From Pseudomonadota bacterium (GTDB lineage: Bacteria; Desulfobacterota; Binatia; UBA1149): a stretch of 64,000 bases of DNA. Positions 62,578 to 64,000 of the stretch are shown in pieces. The position numbers and the translations under genes were made by a program. The stretch lies in NCBI GenBank assembly GCA_014382245.1, contig JACNKC010000057.1, positions 174 through 64,173 on the forward strand. Reading direction: 5' to 3'. The notes beneath the pieces were generated by a model. That model saw only the letters and a program-made list of their open reading frames with translations. It was not told the origin of the DNA and made no database searches. The stretch's first letter is position 1; each line of letters starts with the position of its first letter.

Positions 62578-64000
62578 ATGGTCGGAGATTCGAAAACAGA
62601 TTACCAGGCCGCGCTCGCCGCCACCGCGCGACCGGATCGCGATTGGCGCATGCTGCTTGGCGGGCAGCTGCGGGCAGCGTCCGGCGGTGCGACGATAGCC
62701 ACGATCAACCCTGCCACCGAGATGCAGCTGGCGGAGATACCCAGCGCCACTGCCGGCGACGTCGACGCGGCGGTCAAGGCGGCGCGCACCGCGTTCGACG
62801 AGACCGATTGGTCGTGCAATGCGGTGGCACGAAAGCTTGTCCTGCTCGAGCTGTCACGACTTGCCGGGCGTGACCGGGAGATTTTTGCTGCGCTCGACAC
62901 GCTCGACACCGGGCTCGCCACCCTGGTCTCGACTGGCGTGACATCCAAGGCCCTGCTGCGCAACCTCGAGTATTACTCGGGCTGGGCAGACAAGGTCTAC
63001 GGCGAGGTCGTTCCCGTGCCTTCGCAGCACACGCTGGACTACGCCCTGCGCGAACCGCTGGGAGTGGTGGCGGGTATCTACGCGTGGAACACGGCGTCGC
63101 TTTTTCTCGGCAGCAAGATCGGTCCGGCACTCGCGGCCGGCAACACGGTCGTGATCAAGCCGTCTGAGCTGGGCTCGCTGTCGGCCCTGCACCTGGCCAC
63201 CCTCTGCGAGGAGGCCGGCGTGCCACCCGGAGTGATCAATATCGTGAGCGGTGGCCCGGAGGCGGGGCGCGCGCTGGTGTCCCACCCCGGAGTGGACAAG
63301 ATCAGTTTTACCGGCGGCAGTGCCACCGGCGCCGCCGTGCAGGCCGCGGCCGCCGCCAACATAACCCCGTTGCATCTCGAGCTCGGTGGCAAGTCACCCC
63401 ACGTTGTTTTTGCAGACGCCGACCTCGGTCGTGCCATCGGTGGGCTGGTGAGCGGAGCGTTCATGCTTTCGGGGCAGGCCTGTGCGGCGGGCACACGCGT
63501 GCTGGCGGAGGCTTCGGTCTACGAGCAGGTGGTCGACGGCCTGGCGGCGGCGGTGGAAGGCATGCATACCGGTGACCCCGCCGACCCGGCTACCTTTCTC
63601 GGTCCGCTCATCAGTGCCGAACAGCGGCAGCGTGCCAATTCGTTTGTTGCCGACGCGGCCTCGCAGGGAGCGCGCCTGGTGGCCAGCGGTCACTCGGAAC
63701 ACGAACGCGGTTACTACGTGGCCCCCGTCGTGTTCGCCGACGTTGAGCCAGGTTCCAGCCTGTGGCGTGAAGAAGTGTTCGGGCCGGTGCTCGCGGTGAC
63801 CCGCTTTGAAGGCGAGCGCGAGGCGCTGTGCCTGGCCAACGACAGCGACTACGGCCTGGCCGCCGGCGCCTGGACGGCCGACCTTGGCCGCGCGCACCGC
63901 TTTGCCGCTGGCGTGAGAGCGGGCACGGTGTGGATCAACAGCTACGGCAGCATTCCGCACACCGCTCCCTTCGGCGGCCGGGGTCGTTCCGGTTACGGGC
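62578..64000 (+). CDS. Aldehyde dehydrogenase family protein (3' partial, runs off the window)
   Basis: Translated by hand from ATG 62578. Contains the ALDH Glu motif LELGGKSP and the Cys motif GQACAAGTR, plus the GxGxxG-like FTGGSATG NAD-binding region. No stop codon before position 64000. Confidence 0.85.
   Translation, partial: MVGDSKTDYQAALAATARPDRDWRMLLGGQLRAASGGATIATINPATEMQLAEIPSATAGDVDAAVKAARTAFDETDWSCNAVARKLVLLELSRLAGRDREIFAALDTLDTGLATLVSTGVTSKALLRNLEYYSGWADKVYGEVVPVPSQHTLDYALREPLGVVAGIYAWNTASLFLGSKIGPALAAGNTVVIKPSELGSLSALHLATLCEEAGVPPGVINIVSGGPEAGRALVSHPGVDKISFTGGSATGAAVQAAAAANITPLHLELGGKSPHVVFADADLGRAIGGLVSGAFMLSGQACAAGTRVLAEASVYEQVVDGLAAAVEGMHTGDPADPATFLGPLISAEQRQRANSFVADAASQGARLVASGHSEHERGYYVAPVVFADVEPGSSLWREEVFGPVLAVTRFEGEREALCLANDSDYGLAAGAWTADLGRAHRFAAGVRAGTVWINSYGSIPHTAPFGGRGRSGYG

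Noticed and set aside
1-64000. Searched for CRISPR arrays, tRNA/rRNA genes, IS elements and integrases
   Set aside because: No short regularly spaced direct repeats, no tRNA-like cloverleaf candidates noticed, and no transposase/integrase/recombinase-like ORFs. The only repetitive DNA is the intragenic 237-bp tandem repeat at 41611-42265.

Overview
This is a 64 kb, high-GC (roughly 68-70%), gene-dense bacterial chromosomal segment with about 57 CDS. I saw no rRNA, tRNA, CRISPR array, transposase or integrase. Many genes use GTG/TTG starts and ATGA/TGATG overlaps, consistent with operons. Gene content suggests a metabolically versatile Proteobacterium, perhaps a marine gamma- or delta-proteobacterium/Myxococcota-like organism: there are many lipoproteins, TAT and Sec signals, a DUF3604-like protein, FG-GAP/Cys-rich repeats, MAPEG and an AGCS symporter. 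Most of the window is a catabolic island. It holds CoA-dependent beta-oxidation-like enzymes (ACADs, crotonases, an SCPx-type thiolase with a DUF35 partner, a CoA ligase, a carboxyltransferase). It also holds many O2-dependent oxygenases (P450, two TauD/TfdA, LLM flavin oxidoreductases, a diiron ferritin-like oxygenase), hydrolases/esterases/acylase, and five TetR/XRE regulators. The most unusual content is a tightly linked minus-strand operon at 15..8848. It encodes a family-III CoA-transferase, a TAT-exported NarG-like (type II DMSO-reductase family) molybdoenzyme alpha subunit that appears orphan (no beta/gamma/delta partners), a glycyl radical enzyme (GRE) with an eliminase-type Cys-x-Glu thiyl loop and C-terminal RVTGY glycyl motif, its radical-SAM activase, and a PNPOx-like flavin protein. 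I am not aware of a characterised operon pairing a GRE with a Mo-bisPGD oxidoreductase. A second candidate is a ferredoxin / SCP2-like / diiron oxygenase operon with a divergent TetR. A third is a 1212-aa secreted FG-GAP beta-propeller protein carrying near-identical 237-bp tandem DNA repeats that encode Cys-rich modules. All functional calls rest on motifs recognised by eye; no database searches were run.
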